Shown: positions 14,273 through 28,705 of the stretch, in pieces | How positions within the stretch are numbered: position 1 is the stretch's first letter | Layout: each line of letters begins with the position of its first letter | Origin: Eledone cirrhosa | Taxonomy: Eukaryota | Reading direction: 5' to 3' | Assembly: GCA_964016885.1 (NCBI GenBank) | Contig: OZ024743.1 | Location: 152,334,001 to 152,398,000 of the forward strand | DNA length: 64,000 nucleotides | The notes under the pieces: generated by a model | Told to the model about the DNA's origin: nothing | Seen by the model: the letters and a program-made list of their open reading frames with translations, nothing else | Database searches by the model: none | Position numbers and translations under genes: made by a program

Positions 14273-14890
14273 CTACATAGGGCAAGTTGCATTCACATTA
14301 TTTTCTACTATCTTCATCCATTTAGCCCTGGTTCCTTTATACACCCTGATCTTGTCTATTTGATTCTTGCAAGATAACTGCATGCTGTGGATGAAGTGTT
14401 GTAAGTATCTCTCTAATTCTTTAAGATTGCACATGTAGGACACATTCTTCATCACTCTTACTAAGTTTGCAAGTAGTATGTTGACTTTCATGTTATCAGA
14501 AATGGCTGAGTTTTGGTGGATCAGATATTTGGAGGCTATGAGTTTGGCATAATGTGAATGGAGGATTTGTGTTTTATTACTAATGGTTTCTAACCAGAGT
14601 TCTGTGTCGAGTACTGGTAATCTATGGTGGGGGTGTTTGGTTGGGTAGTCTATGGTAACTTTAACAGTCTGGTGGATGGATTTAGCTATTTGCTGGATGC
14701 TTTGCATGGTATTCCTTTCTATTCTCGTGCAGGAGTGTTTTCACTACGATATTGATGTTATCTATGTAGTAGGAGTACATAGTCAGAGTTCTCATCTAAG
14801 CATTCCTTAAATCTCATGTCCCACCATACCTTAAAGGGGTTAGCTACATCACCACCAATGGTGATGCCAATGGCTACCCCTCCTCTTGAA
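14273..14890 (-). mobile_element. Degraded Penelope-like RT fragment
   Basis: GVAIG (RT motif B), YYIDN (YVDD-like), VTIDYP...LPVLDTELW...HYAK. Confidence 0.7.
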
Positions 14891-14971
14891 CATATCTTTT
14901 GCTATTGAATTTAAATACATGTTCCTTAATGGTTGCAAAACAAATACAAAAACGAAGTATGTGTGTGTGTG

Positions 14972-15016
<45 letters not shown>

Positions 15017-15028
15017 GGATAGATAGAT
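14972..15028. repeat. (GATA)n microsatellite
   Basis: Direct inspection. Confidence 0.95.
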
Positions 15029-15044
15029 GCCATACTTAATAAGA

Positions 15045-15235
15045 TCCATCCCACCCTTGCAAGCAGGGAAAAGCAGACGTAAAATGATGATGATGATGAT
15101 GATATATATATATATATAATTCCTGTATGAGCAAGGCATGGTCAGCCGACCAGACACTGCTCACAACAGGACAACCCATCTAACCCATGCTAGCATGGAA
15201 GAACGGACATAAAACGGTGATGATGATGATGATGA
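15045..15235 (+). mobile_element. Two short RTE/SINE 3' tails (15045-15103 and 15119-15235)
   Basis: Match the 3' ends at 48285-48340 and 4205-4318; both end in (GAT)n. Confidence 0.8.
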
Positions 15236-15842
15236 ATCTTCCCTCCAATTGGGAGACAGAAATTAATAACTTCTTGAATAATGCAGCATTCCAGAGTAAG
15301 AACAGTTTGATTTTTGCTGCAAGCCAGGAACAACTATGTACATATGTCTTTATGTTTACGTTTACCATTTGTTTATGTCCCGTAACATAACTATTGGACA
15401 AAAAAAGATTAATAAAATATGTGCCAGTTTGGAAAAAAAATAAGCACTGAGGGGGGCACAATATGATCAACTAAATTTCTCCAATATGGTGCCCCAGCAT
15501 GGCCATTATCTAATGATAGACACCAGTAAAAGAATAAAAAAGAATCTATCAAAAATTTGGAAGCATAGAAAAAATAGCTAAAGTTAGCTAAAGCAAAATG
15601 ATTGAGTAAGACAGAATTTTGTAAATGAAATGCTCATAAAGTTCAGTTTGTGGTGTCAAAAGAAGACAGTTCATTATAAATCATAATGTATGTGAAAGAA
15701 AACATTACATGAAATAACTAGGAAGAAAATTCTAGAATCTTTCATAAACAAGCATGAAGAAACTCCAAGAGTGTCTGTAATTGGAGAAAGAAGAAGACAC
15801 ATAAATTATCCGATCTTTTGAACTTAACATTATTATTATTGT

Positions 15843-15985
15843 GGTGGTGAATTGGTAGAATTGTTAGAGTATCAGACAAAATGGCTTGCAGAATTTAGTT
15901 ACAGTTCTTTAATTTCCAAGTTCAAATCTTGCTGAGGTTGACTTTGCCTTTCATTCTTCCAGAGCTGATAAAATATAGCACCAGA
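15843..15985 (+). mobile_element. Diverged SINE family A
   Basis: GTTCAAATC...GAGGTTGACTTTGCCTTTCATTC...GATAAAATA. Confidence 0.65.
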
Positions 15986-18900
15986 ATCTTCAGTTTACCA
16001 GGTTTATTTAGAGTCTCATTGTACCAGATACTTGAAGTGTTTTATAATATTTTTTACAAAGTGAGAAATGTAAGTTGAAGCTATGTTTATCATGTTATTG
16101 CCTGTATTATTTTATTTATTGTTATAATTATCATTATTATTGTTATCATTTTTAATCTGCAGGTTAGGGTGGTGGATTGCAGAATTTTGAACAAAAGCAT
16201 TGTAGGGTTGAAAAGAATAATGGGCCAGTCAAGTACTGGGGTTTATATAATAGGCTTTACATTCCCTTCAAATTGATGGCCTTAAGTGTAAATTAGAAAT
16301 TATTATCAATTTGCACATTAATTGATGGGAATAAATTTCCAAGGAAACTGGTTCACATACCTACATATGTTCCCCATATATAACCCTACATTGCATGAAC
16401 ACAATACTGTTCCATATCACCTTAACATGTATTTTATAAAGATACTCACCACTAGGAAAAAAGAAAGGAAATGACTACAGAAACATCAGCATACCTTAGC
16501 AAATCAGCATACCACTGTTAATTGAATAGAGGTGAAAAGATAAACTAGTCAGACTAACATTGAGCAAATGAACAAATAAATGCATATAACACGCACATTT
16601 TTATGATAATTCTAGAACGATAAATTAATGAAAAAGATTGGGGAATTAAAATATATTAAAGCTGTACAATATAGTTTGCAATCATACTGAACATGACAGT
16701 GTGAAATTACTATGATTTTGGAGATAGTGCTCATTATCTTAAAAAGCAGAGCACCAGTAACCTTAACATGGTTTCCATGTCATAATGATAGTCTCTGAAA
16801 TAATTACAAAACAAATACCTTATTTGAATGACCTGTCTAAATGAAGTTTAGTAACTCATATTTTAAATTTTAATGACAGGCCATACTATCTCATTGTAGT
16901 GTTATTAACTTGATATCTTTAATACCAATCCTTCTGAGACTGTCCATACTAAACTGTCTATATTTAAATTAAAATCTCAATCAAAATCACATAACATGAA
17001 TGATAATGTGAAATATTTAAAGGTCAAAACCAGCATAATATAACAATTTATAAAGTTACAGATATTTCAATAAATTCCTCTATCTTGATTATATTGAAAA
17101 TTAATTAAAGTAAATAGGCAGTCTTCTCATTAAATATAATGGGGGAAAAATATGTGTATGGTCTACATATATGGCAATCTGAAGTTTGCAATAGATATAG
17201 AATAATGATGGTTTTAATGAAAGTAGAAAGCTTTGGATTGATAAAAGAGGAACAAGAAAGTGTGACACATTAGGAAAATGAATAAAGTGAAATGACTTCA
17301 ATTGGAGAATGAAAATGTACTGCTGTCTCAGCTTTCTGAGAAAATTCCCCTTTTTCTACTGTATGCTGTCCACAACAGTAGATATAAAAATATTGATGAA
17401 ATATTAAATTTCATATCAATGAAAACAGAAGTGCAATTATATTCATTGGTATGAAATTCAATACACAGTTATATGCACATACATATTCATCTGTCATAGT
17501 ATAAATATATGTAGGTGGGTGAATTCAGTTATTTAATACAGAAGCATTTGCTGGCATATGCATTTAAATACAAAGTTTAATAATAATGGAAATATACTGT
17601 AAGCAAATAAAGAGTTATGGAAATCTGTTTTGAAAATGTGATGACAGTTAACTATAGTATATAATAGGTGAATAAATATTGACATCAATGAAGCTAATTA
17701 GAAATAAATATGCAATGAGGAAAAAGTCAATGAATTAATATTTTCATTTCTCTGTCAAATGCAATAGACAACTCTAAATATGTTTCAGTTGTATTTAGAC
17801 ATCATCAACAAAGCATAGCATTCACTGTAGTTGTGAATCACTATATTAATTTACAGGATTGTGATTTTATTGCTATAGGACAATAAAATTGTTTAGAAAA
17901 GTAACGATCACTCATACTCTATGGCATAGGTTTTATAATTAATATATCATTCAATTACAAATCCAATTTTAGTGTCTCACCACATACTATGAACAACAGT
18001 TTTCATTTTCTTTTTAGGTACCAAATCTCAGATTTATAAGAGAAATACGACAAGACTGGACAATATGTATGTATTTCTTAAGTACATTCAGAAGGTAAAT
18101 GAAAGTGATTACAACTGAGAATACAAAATACAAAGCCATCTAAAATGTATTCATTGTAAGATTTTCATCTAATTGGAAGTTTTATAATTGATATTGTTAC
18201 TTTGTCTGATGAACAATAGGGAGCTGTGGTGGTAGCAACAACTGACATTTTTGGTCTACACTACAATCTTTAATAGAGAGTGGAAAATATATTATTCAAG
18301 TTGTACATAATTTCAAAATGTGTATCTCTAAAGAAATACTATTTTTTAAAAATGCTTATTTACTTTAATTGGTTTACTCAAATGGTAAACATATGCCACT
18401 GTCGCAATCATCATAAATTCGTGATTTTAACAAGAAATTTACAAAGAGAAAATGAAGGTATTTATGAATTTTCTTTTTCATATTATTTGTGTTCATTGTG
18501 TAGAATAATGATTTTCACCTTTTGATTCAATACTTCTCTTTTATTTTGCTTTGGAAACCATAATGTGAAAATATGTTTACTTAATATTTTATTAATCCCA
18601 TGCACTGATGCAATAAATAGAGACAATTGCTTGACCTTTCAAATTTTTGAAGCATTCATCAATATCTGATCAACCCTGTTAACTCTAAGAATGTGTTAAT
18701 GAGAACTAGGGAGAAAAAACTATATTGCTTTAAAGATAAAAGTATTGAATTTATTATAGAATTCTTGAATAATATATTTTCCCCCTGTCTTTTAAAGAAA
18801 AACAGTTTTGAATCTCAATTGTATCTATTCCTACTACTCCATTTTGCTCAGCATGTGTAAAATAATATACAGGACATTAAAATAGCTACAAAAGAATAAT

Positions 18901-20058
18901 TGAACCAAATACACTTGGCTAACTAGAAGCTCACATTATGCTATAGTGCACAATACTAACAATAAACCAACATTTTATTTATTGTTGGTTATATTTACTC
19001 ATTCATTGAATTTTTTATGGTGAGAGTCAGCACTACATTTTGGTTTTCTTGATGTGCACCAGATAGATACATGTACATTTATTACTATAATATTTTACAT
19101 CCATTTTACATGTCCAAATGAGTTGGACAAGCTATTAGTCAGAATTAGTTCTTAATCAAAGTTACTGTTCTAAATGATTGGTATAGTTTCTACAGATTCT
19201 TACTAATAGCAATCACTTTACAGATTACAAATTGGAGTGTATTTTGTCATGGCATAGGAGCTTACAGAGGTTGTCAAGTGTTTAACATGACTGAAGAATC
19301 CTCTCTATCATAGATATATTGATCAACTTGATAAAATGGTAGAAGATACTTCCCCAAGATAGCACCAAACTACATGGCTGCAAAACAAACATATTATCCA
19401 CAGCTACAGCTCAATTCAATTTATTATACTCCAGCCCTAACCAAAGAAAGCTCAGTGAACAAGAACACATTCATTTTCTATAGAAGGTTGCTTCATCAGG
19501 ACTCCTAGCAACATAATCAAAATAAATAAAATGACTACAGCTGAGAATTGAATCTACTTGCAAATGGCTTGCTGGGCATTTACTTTGACCCTAATTTGCA
19601 TTAATGGTATATCACACATTGTCCAAGCACAAAATAGAATCAAACAGATTTCATTAAACACTGTGAGTACACACCAGGGTCTACTAGCCTAAGTCAATAA
19701 AAGAAAACATTAGTTATAGTTATATGTTAGCAAATTTACTTGCTCCTTTTTTATTTACTTTTTTTGATAGATAAAAATATATTATTTTTAACCCGAGAAA
19801 ATCTAAATCCATTTATATTGCAGAAAAATATAGAGTGGAAGGGGAGAGGATTAGAACATATTTAGCCTGAGGCTGAAACATATTCACACAAATATTGTAT
19901 GTCTATTCATTGTTCCTCAGTCAGCTGAAGGTGATGATACCAATTATTTACATGCCTGGAGAGCAACAATATATAATTTTCACTGAGTATATGCATGATT
20001 TTGCACTGAGTATATGCATGTATAGAATGTTATACATAGACATTATCTATCTATATCA

Positions 20059-20110
<52 letters not shown>

Positions 20111-20627
20111 GGGGGGAGAGAGAGAGAGACACGATACAATATAAACAGTAAAAGAAAGAAAACTAGTTTTTGTAGCTTTCAAAATAAATAAAATGAAAAA
20201 AAAAAAATTAAAAAAAGTCTGTTTATCTGTAATTATTCAAAAAAGAGAATAGAAATATTGTTGCTTCTCCATAACTGGGCTTAAAAAACATGATGCAAAC
20301 AGCAGTGGAATAAATCTACCAAATATATCTATTGATTCGTAAATGCTTGTCGGCTGCCAATAGAAACTATATCTATCTGGAGTTCACTGTGCTGAGTTGT
20401 GCTAATTTGTGTTGTAAAATGCTCCAAGTAATAAGATTGTAACTATGATGGTTTACAAGTTACTCCATAGGCCTTTTTTTTCACATTTACAAATAAAACA
20501 ATAGACTGTCCTTGTTTACAAGCCAACAGAATGCAGAAAACATCTCTCTAAGTAAATCTTCAACTAACTGTACATTTTAGTAATGATATACTTAAGAAAG
20601 AAAGAGATTGCATTATTTCATATTTCA

Positions 20628-20817
20628 GGGCGGTGAATTGGCAGTATCGGTAGAGGGTTGGACGCCATGCTTTCTAGCATAGTTACGTCCCTTTACAGTC
20701 TGAGTTTAAATCCCGCCGAGGTTAACTTTGCCTTTCATCCTTACGGGGTCGATAAAATAAAGTACCAGTAATGTACTGGGTAATTGCTGGCCTTGTGCCT
20801 AAAGTAGAAACAATTAT
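20628..20817 (+). mobile_element. Full-length SINE family A with TSD
   Basis: TSD ATTATTTCATATTTCAG at 20612-20628 and 20813-20829. Confidence 0.9.
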
Positions 20818-21369
20818 TTCATATTTCAGTAGATTTTTTTCACTTTTATTTTCTTATTACTTTGCATATCTTCCCCAGTATTCTATACAGCAACAATTCT
20901 GCGAAAGTGTACTAGTGATACTTATAATGGTATTATTTTTTGGGGTATTATTGGGAACGAAATGTTAGATCAAACCTTAATAACTAACTGTATAAGTATT
21001 TAAATAATTCTCACTAAACACACATACACCATACATATAGATATACATCTACATGTGTGTGCATGTTTATATATATATATAAATTCACACAAATATTGTA
21101 TGTCTATTCATTGTTTCTCAGTCAGCTGAAGATGATGATACCAAATATTTACATGCATTGAGTACTCTCACGATTAGTGTTTTCCCCGTTCTCAGCACTG
21201 CAGACTCCCTCTCTCTATAAATATTCAATCCAAAGCTTAGCCAATCATTTGTTTCCATTAATCCATGTTTTGGATGACCGCTGTATTGCAAATTATTCAA
21301 ATTATTCAAAAAAAAAAATACCCATCTTTAATGAATCTTATACTGAACAAGTAACAAAGCACTACTCAG

Positions 21370-21595
21370 GTGGGAAAAATAGTTTCACCCTATTCCTGAT
21401 TATCATTTCTTTGGGAATTTACAAAATCGTTTTAATGAATTTACTTATAGTAACATCAAGAGAGGAGGTAAAAAATGAGTTTGTTTCATATTTCACATCC
21501 AATCATAATGAATTTCATAAACAAGACATCTATGAACTGGTATATAGATGGAATAAGGTTATCGACAGCAATGCAGAACATAATGATGATTACAT
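21370..21595 (+). mobile_element. Mariner transposase C-terminal remnant
   Basis: SPYS/PDYHFFGNLQN across a frameshift, then SREEVKNEF...EFHKQDIYELVYRWNKVIDSNAEH; matches the mariner YSPDLAPSDYHLF...RWxKVxxxxGxY region. Confidence 0.7.
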
Positions 21596-22238
21596 GTAGC
21601 TACTACCCCTACTATTTTGATTTGAAAAATACATGTTAAAATCAGACAAAATGTTAATTCCAGCCAGTTATATATATCCTTATCATCGTTTTTACATGCT
21701 AGAATAAGTTGGAGAAAATCTTTTACAAGAAGGTTTTCTGCAGCCAGATACTTTTGCTGATTGATATCACACCATACCCTATTCCAAATATGGTACATGC
21801 TGCCATTGTTTTGTTAAACCACTAGTCTGACAAATGCATTATTGTTTATGTGGGACATAAATAATTCTCACTGCAGGTTTTTTATAAATGATGTTCATTT
21901 ATGTGACTGTCACACACACACATACAGATTATATATACAATGAGCTTCATAATTTTCATGCTAGATTCCTCAACAGAGCATTATTTAACCAAAGATATGC
22001 TATAGTTAAAGGCACTTGCTCAAGGTGCCACACAGTGACATAGAACTGAAGACCATATTGTTGTGGAGTGAATTTCTTAACTATAAAGCCATATATATAT
22101 ATTTATACATAGATTTAGAGTTTATGTTGGTTGTATACATTAACATTAACAACCCAACAAGGAACTGGGCATATCAGAGTATTGACAATATCATACACCT
22201 AAACAACATATGTACTTGTCTATACCATACTAATTCAA

Positions 22239-22293
22239 ACTGCCTGAAGAGGTCACAGCCAAAGATGGCTGTCACTGAAATATATATAGCAGT
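22239..22293 (+). ncRNA. Minimal type I hammerhead ribozyme motif
   Basis: ACTGC-CTGAAGA-GGTCACAGCCA AAGA TGGCTGTCACT-GAAA-TATATA-TA-GCAGT then AATAAA. Confidence 0.75.
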
Positions 22294-22363
22294 AATAAAC
22301 GAAGCTAAATTTTAATCATTTGACTTTTATTTAACTTTATTTTATATTTATACATATATATAT

Positions 22364-25300
22364 ATCATCATCATCATCATTTAACGTCCATCTTCCACGC
22401 TTGCATGGGTTTGGATGGGAATTTTCTCACTTGATCGTTTAGGACTGTCTGGTGGGTTTTCTATGGCTGGATGCCCTTCCTAACACCAACCACGCTTACA
22501 GTGTGGACTGGGAGGTTTTTACCGTGTTACCTACATGGCCACATTACAGCGTGGACTGTGTGTTTTTTTTTGTCGTGACACCTAGACGACCTCATTTGTT
22601 TCGGCCTGGATGTTGTGGTACCAACATAACTTTACATTAAAGGGGGTGGTGTGGATGGGGTGGGGGTAGTGGGACGGGGGTGTATTTTTGTTAGAGGTGC
22701 CTACTGAATGTAGGTTTCGCTTTGTACTTAGGCAAGGCGGGTCTTCTGTATGACTGTGTAGCGCCAAAGATCTCGGTCCAGTGACATTGTCTTGGAGAGG
22801 TGTAAGTGTGTGAGGTCGGAATTTATCAAGTCGTCCCAGATTTTTCTGGGTCTGCCTGCTTCGTGGCTACCATCTATTTTTATCGCCCTGCACTTTTTTA
22901 TACAGCTGTCGTCTTTCATGCGCATCACGTGACCATACCAACGTAGTCTTCTCTCGAGTAAACAACATCTGATCCCTCTTATTCCTAACTTCTCCCTTAG
23001 TTCGTTTATGCTTTGCCGTTCACGTATATTACTATTACACATCCAGCGGAGCATGCAAGCTTCGTTCCTCTCCAGTGTGCGTATATCCTCTGCACACAAT
23101 GCCCAAGTCTCACTGCCATGTAACATTGCTGTTCGTATGCAGGCATCATACAGCCTGCCTTTCATTTTTAGAGAGAACCCTTTAGCGGCCAATAGTGGTA
23201 TAAGCTCTCTGAACTTTTTCCATCCCGTTCTGACTCTAGCTACTGTACTTTCAGAGCACCCTCCACCACTGCTGATTTTGTCACCCAGGTAACAGAAGGT
23301 GACCACTATTTCTATAGAACCATCTGTGCAATGGAATGAGCTAGTATTCTTTGGGAACTTGCTGCTACTTATTGCACCTGAGCACCGGCCACATATAAAA
23401 TCTATATTCTTAGTTAGCTTACCTGTGATCCCACTACATCTTTTATGCACCCATACTTTGCATTTTGGACATAAAATGGAGTTTCTGCCTACTCCTTTCC
23501 TACACACTGAGCATGGCCATTTCCCAGATGGGACCTGTGCCCTATTTTCCTTCCTACAAACTAGAACTTTAGTCTTAGACAGGTTAATTTTAAGGCCTTT
23601 TGATTCTAGGCCGTGCTTCCATGTTTGGAATTTCTTCTCTAGTTCAGCCATTGATTCAGTTATGAGCATTAGATCATCTGCGTATAGGAGTTCCCATGGG
23701 CAGCCGGTTTTGAACTCCTCTGTTATAGCCTGAAGGGCAATAATAAATAGTAGGGGGCTAAGAACGGAGCCCTGATGAACACCAACTTTTACGCTAAACT
23801 CTTCACTATACTCGTTGTTAATTCTAACCTTGCTGACTGTTTCTTTATACATGGCTTGTATAGCTCTCACAAGCCATTCATCAATACCTAGTTTTCTAAG
23901 AGCCCACCAGATAATGGAGTGGGGGACTCTGTCAAAGGCTTTCTCCGAGTCAACAAAAGCTAAGTATAAGGGTTTACTTTTAGCTAGGTACTTCTCCTGT
24001 AGTTGTCGTACAATGAAAAGAGTGTCTGTGGTACTTTTACCTGACACAAACCTGAACTGCATTTCATCTAGATAAATTCGCTCTCTGATTAGTTGCACTA
24101 TTACTTTTTCTGTGACCTTCATGACCTGGTCGATTAATTTAATGCCTCTATAGTTACCCCTATCTAGGACAACTCCTTTACCCTTGTAGCAGTTAATGAT
24201 GATGCTGCTACGCCAGTCCTTCAGAACGACCCTATTCTGTATGACTTGGTTTACTATCCGGGTGACCATAGTGTGTCCCACCATTCCAGATGCTTTCAGC
24301 ATTTCAGCAACTATTTCCGAAGGCCCGTCTTCATATCTTTGATTGCATTACTTATTATACTACCTTCAACTTGCAGTGTTGGTCCCTCTATTGGATCGAT
24401 GTGGGGGAGACTGTCTTTCTCCCATTTATTCTCCTCATTTAGTAGCCTTTCGTAGTGACACTTCCAAGCTACCTTCTTATCAGCGTCAGTGATGGCAAGT
24501 ACACCATCATCATTCAAGACACACTTCTCCCCAACAATATCACGGTTTTCCTTGACACATTGCCTTCATGGGGGAGGGATTTAGTGTTTACAACAGACAC
24601 TCTATCACGTCTTCTGGTAAGGATATAATCTATCTGACTGGCGTGTTCCCCTGATCTATAGGTGATCAAGTGATTGTCTCGTTTTTTGAAGTTAGTGTTA
24701 CAGATAGTTAGGTTATTTGCATCACAGAATTCCAGGATTCTGAAGCCTTCCTCATTTCTAGTACCAAACTCATAGCCTCCATGGATTCTGTCATAGCCGT
24801 CACAATGTTGTCCAACATTTAGGTCGCCAGCAATAATTATGTAGCCACTGTTGGTTATTTGGGAGGTAGTGAGCATCAATGTCTCATAGAATCTGTCTTT
24901 TATAGCGCCAGGCAGTCCGGATTGGGGTGCGTATGCAGATATTACTGTCACAGTTGTTCTATTTAGGACAAGTCTTATTTTAATTATTCTGTCGTTCATT
25001 CTATTTACGTCTATTATCTTATCTACCCATTTTTCTGCTAACATGATTCCTACCCCACCCAGCCCATTGTCATTTCCCACCTGGTCTCTTGGATACAGCA
25101 AACATCAACCTCCTTACATTCAAGCATCTCTACAACCTCGTTAGAGCGACCTTTTAAGGTGCCTACATTCATGGTACCAACTCTGAAGTTTTGGATTGCG
25201 TTTGGTGGGTGGAAACGGTGGGGCGCGGGGAGGGGTGAGGGGGATGGGGTTGGGGTTATGTTGGCCATCCGCGGCTGAAACAAAAAGGAGGAATCCTTGC

Positions 25301-25455
25301 CTTTTCGTCCGGCAGCATTGGGTGAATTTGTCTTTATCTTTGGCATTGTCACTGAATGTCCAGATTTTTCAGACTCTCCAGAATTCCTTAGTCCATCCAT
25401 CATATCGCAAGGCAACCAGGAGAAGTGATCACATAGGCCACTGACTTATGATTGG
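22364..25455 (-). mobile_element. Near full-length RTE LINE (APE endonuclease + RT + PHD-like finger), disabled by deletions and frameshifts
   Basis: APE motifs GTMNVGTL, CIQETRW, AYAPQ, GDLN, QIDYIL; RT ORF 22728-24302 with LYADD; linker deletion near 24555; frameshift near 24320; (CAT)n on plus at 22364. Confidence 0.95.
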
Positions 25456-25460
25456 TCTAG

Positions 25461-25625
25461 ATAATAATTGTTTCTACTTTAGGCACAAGGCCAGCAATTA
25501 CCCAGTGCATTACTGGTACTTTATTTTATCGACCCCGTAAGGATGAAAGGCAAAGTCAACCTCGGCGGGATTTGAACTCAGATCGTAAAGGGACGTAACT
25601 ATGCTGGAAAGCATGGCATCCGACT
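25461..25625 (-). mobile_element. SINE family A, 5' clipped
   Basis: Reverse complement of family A. Confidence 0.85.
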
Positions 25626-26589
25626 AATGGTGGCGAGTGGGTGCAGGTATGAGGTAGTTAGCAAGAAGGTTTAAATAAAATCCTCGAATTTTGGGCATAA
25701 TTGGACAAGCATATACAGTAATAAGCGAATAATGGGATTTTAAAATACAAGAAGATTATTTAGAACAACCAGATAGAATTATAGAATAACATTGAGAAAG
25801 AGCAAAGATTTCGATACTGGGCGATGATGTGGCTATATGAATGAATGGACATGGAAGATGGAGAAACAAGAAAAGAATAAAAGAAAAAAAAAGAAAATAT
25901 ATACATATATACATATATACATATATACATATATACATATATACATAACCACACACACACACACATATATATATATGTTTCTATGTATATATATATATAT
26001 TACATAGATTCAGACTAACTATGACAAACATTCATTCTTAGTAATCTCTCAAGAAATATAGATCAAATTTTAATTGAATTCAGTCAGACCTAGCTTTAAC
26101 ACAAATAACCTCTTACTGATTTACTTTTCTGTATTGATAAACAGATAAAAGTAAAATAGCAAAACATTTGTGAAAAATAATTAATTTTAAACACATCTCA
26201 GCAGTCATGATGTACACAAAGACTCACAGACACCTACCTCCTTGTCTCAGAAAACTCCTAACATTTAATACATTCTCACAAATGTTTGTACATTGTAACA
26301 CTTATGGCCAAAATCTTTCAGTTTTTGAATCATTTTAACTGATGAATGGTGACAGATCTACATGCAACTGTGTGAGTGTGCATATGTGCTTGGCAATGAG
26401 GAGTACAGGGATGGTATAGCATCAGATTAAATTGTCTTGAAGTGTCATCATTCAACATTCTAAGTTCAAATCCCATTAGAACATTGACATTTCTGTTCAA
26501 CCATTCAATGCTGCAGGATCAACGAATACATAGCAGCAAATCTTAATTACAAAGGTGTTTCAAGATTTACAAAATAGAAAACAATAATC

Positions 26590-27730
26590 ATTTATTAGGT
26601 GCAAATGTCTGTAGGTGTTGGAGAGCTGTAGCTTAACATTTGCTGGAAAATCATAGACAAGGAACAAAATCTAGACAGTTGTTGCTGTTTTGCAGTGGAA
26701 TGATGGAGCAAAATATTTAGTAGGGATCTTGGACAAGATTGAGGGTGTTCACTGAAGCAGTTTACTTGTTCAAAAGAGACAAGGGGTTGTAGTAGCTGTA
26801 AAGGTGCCAGATAGAAGAAGCAGTGAGACTGTGATGCAGTTTTAAGATGTTCCAAATGATTGGACTGATTATATACAACTGTTTAAATAATCTTTGAGTT
26901 GTTGGAATTGAGGTGGATAGGTCAACAGTATGCAGGTAGAGCTAATATTGTTAAACGTTATAAGCTAATGAACAGTAAATGTGGTAGATTTATCAATCAG
27001 TGTGCTATGTACAGAGTCATCCTGTAACCTGTAAAGGAGCAATGGATAGAAGGATTCTGACAAGTTATTAGGGACATTTTGTGGCAAGGAATCAAAACTA
27101 TCTGCAGAATTTGAGAGGTGGAATCTTGCAACAAAGTTGTATTTAAAACAACCTTTGCTTTCTTAGTGGTTCTCCAAGAGATGACTTTCTCCAAGACTTG
27201 TAGGCAATATTTACTTTATTACTGCAAGGAGTGATTTTGTCACATGATTCTTGAGTGAAATCTAAGAGGGTGGTTTCAACTAACTGCTTATCAGTAGACA
27301 GGACAGATTTTGCAGTACTTCAACTACTTCTGTTGTGCAGTAGAATGTAGTCAAGTGCGTAACTTTGGATAAGAAACAGATAGTATGAGTACTGAGACAG
27401 TAATGGCTAGGTAAGGGTTGTATTTAACAGTGGTAAAGAGGTTAAAGGTATTTAGATTGACTATATATCAGTAAAACATATGTGGAAATACGCATACCAA
27501 CTAATGCAAATACATCATGATAAACAACATACCTGTTGTGTCAGAGTGGGTGAAGTGCAACAACAAAGATGAGTTAAAGTCACTGAAGGTAATGACATTA
27601 GAAACATCCTTAGTGCAGGAAGGATGAGAAATGTTCAAAGAGCAGCTGTCTTTAAAAGAGTTCAGAACATGTTAGGGACATCAGATGAATTTAGATGTGG
27701 AAGAGATATTTTCTAGCTAGAATAACTGAA
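26590..27730 (-). mobile_element. Heavily degraded CR1/Jockey-group LINE
   Basis: Fragments such as W..HLKTASQ..F and a decayed RP.LEY...W-like block; many stops. Confidence 0.45.
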
Positions 27731-28194
27731 AACTCTGCTTGTTGGAACACCAATCACAAACTTGGAGAGAAAAAAAAATTAAATTACTGTGAACGGTTAA
27801 TAGGCAAGCTTCTCAAAATGCCATAAGTTTAGGCTCATTATCTGATGGTAGGTTTTCAGTGCAGAACATTTACTTCCTCTGATAAACAGTTGCATAATTG
27901 TTTATCCTGCTAGAAATAGCAGCCAGCATGTTATCTTTAATAAAGAAAGGATACATTAAATAATATAACCCTGGATTCATCCAAAAAGACAATGCTCAAA
28001 GTTTGAGTGCTTTTGACTCTACTCAATCTTGGTGCTAAATAACAACAGTGGTTTTATGCCCAAGGAAATGCGGATAGAAGATTTACCTTTAAATTAGGAG
28101 ATTGGTTCAAATAGTTGCAGCAGAGTGAACTTTACTAAAGGCAGGCAAGGGTCACATGTTATTGTGTAAGACAACTCCTAGCCTGTTCCCAAAA

Positions 28195-28372
28195 TAATTA
28201 TTTCTACTTTTGGCACAAGGCCAGCAAATACCCAGTGCATTACTGGTACTTTATTTTATCGACCCCGTAAGGATGAAAGGCAAAGTCAACCTCGGCGGGA
28301 TTTGAACTCAGATCGTTAAGGGACGTAACTATGCTGGAAAGCATGGCGTCCGATACTGCCAATCCACCGCCT
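28195..28372 (-). mobile_element. SINE family A with TSD
   Basis: TGTTCCCAAAATAAT at 28184-28198 and 28376-28390. Confidence 0.9.
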
Positions 28373-28582
28373 TTGTGTTCCCAAAATAATAATAAAACTT
28401 AGTAAGGTTGTCTTAAAGGATTCACAACCCCACACTCCTTGTATTAGTCATTTGAAATATGAGGTGATCAGCATTCATAGTTGGGTTGTCTTCCATGATG
28501 CTGTAAAAGCCACACCTGTCCTTATTCAATAGTTTATACAAAGATTACCAAAAGTGTAGGCATTATTAGAGACATTTACTTG

Positions 28583-28705
28583 TCTGAGTTCAAATCCTGC
28601 TGAGGTTAATTTTGCCTTTCATCCTTATGGGGTTGATAAAATAAAGTACCAGTAAAGTACTGGAATATTAACTGGCCTTATGCCAATAGTAGAAACAATT
28701 ATTAT
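28583..28705 (+). mobile_element. 5'-truncated SINE family A
   Basis: Runs from the B box to the tail. Confidence 0.8.

Noticed and set aside
18018-18066. Possible plus-strand exon with AG/GT boundaries (similar candidate near 62063-62093)
   Set aside because: Short, no recognisable protein, expected by chance in AT-rich DNA.
25204-25257. G-quadruplex-like G runs
   Set aside because: Part of the RTE, antisense to its transcript; no independent evidence of function.
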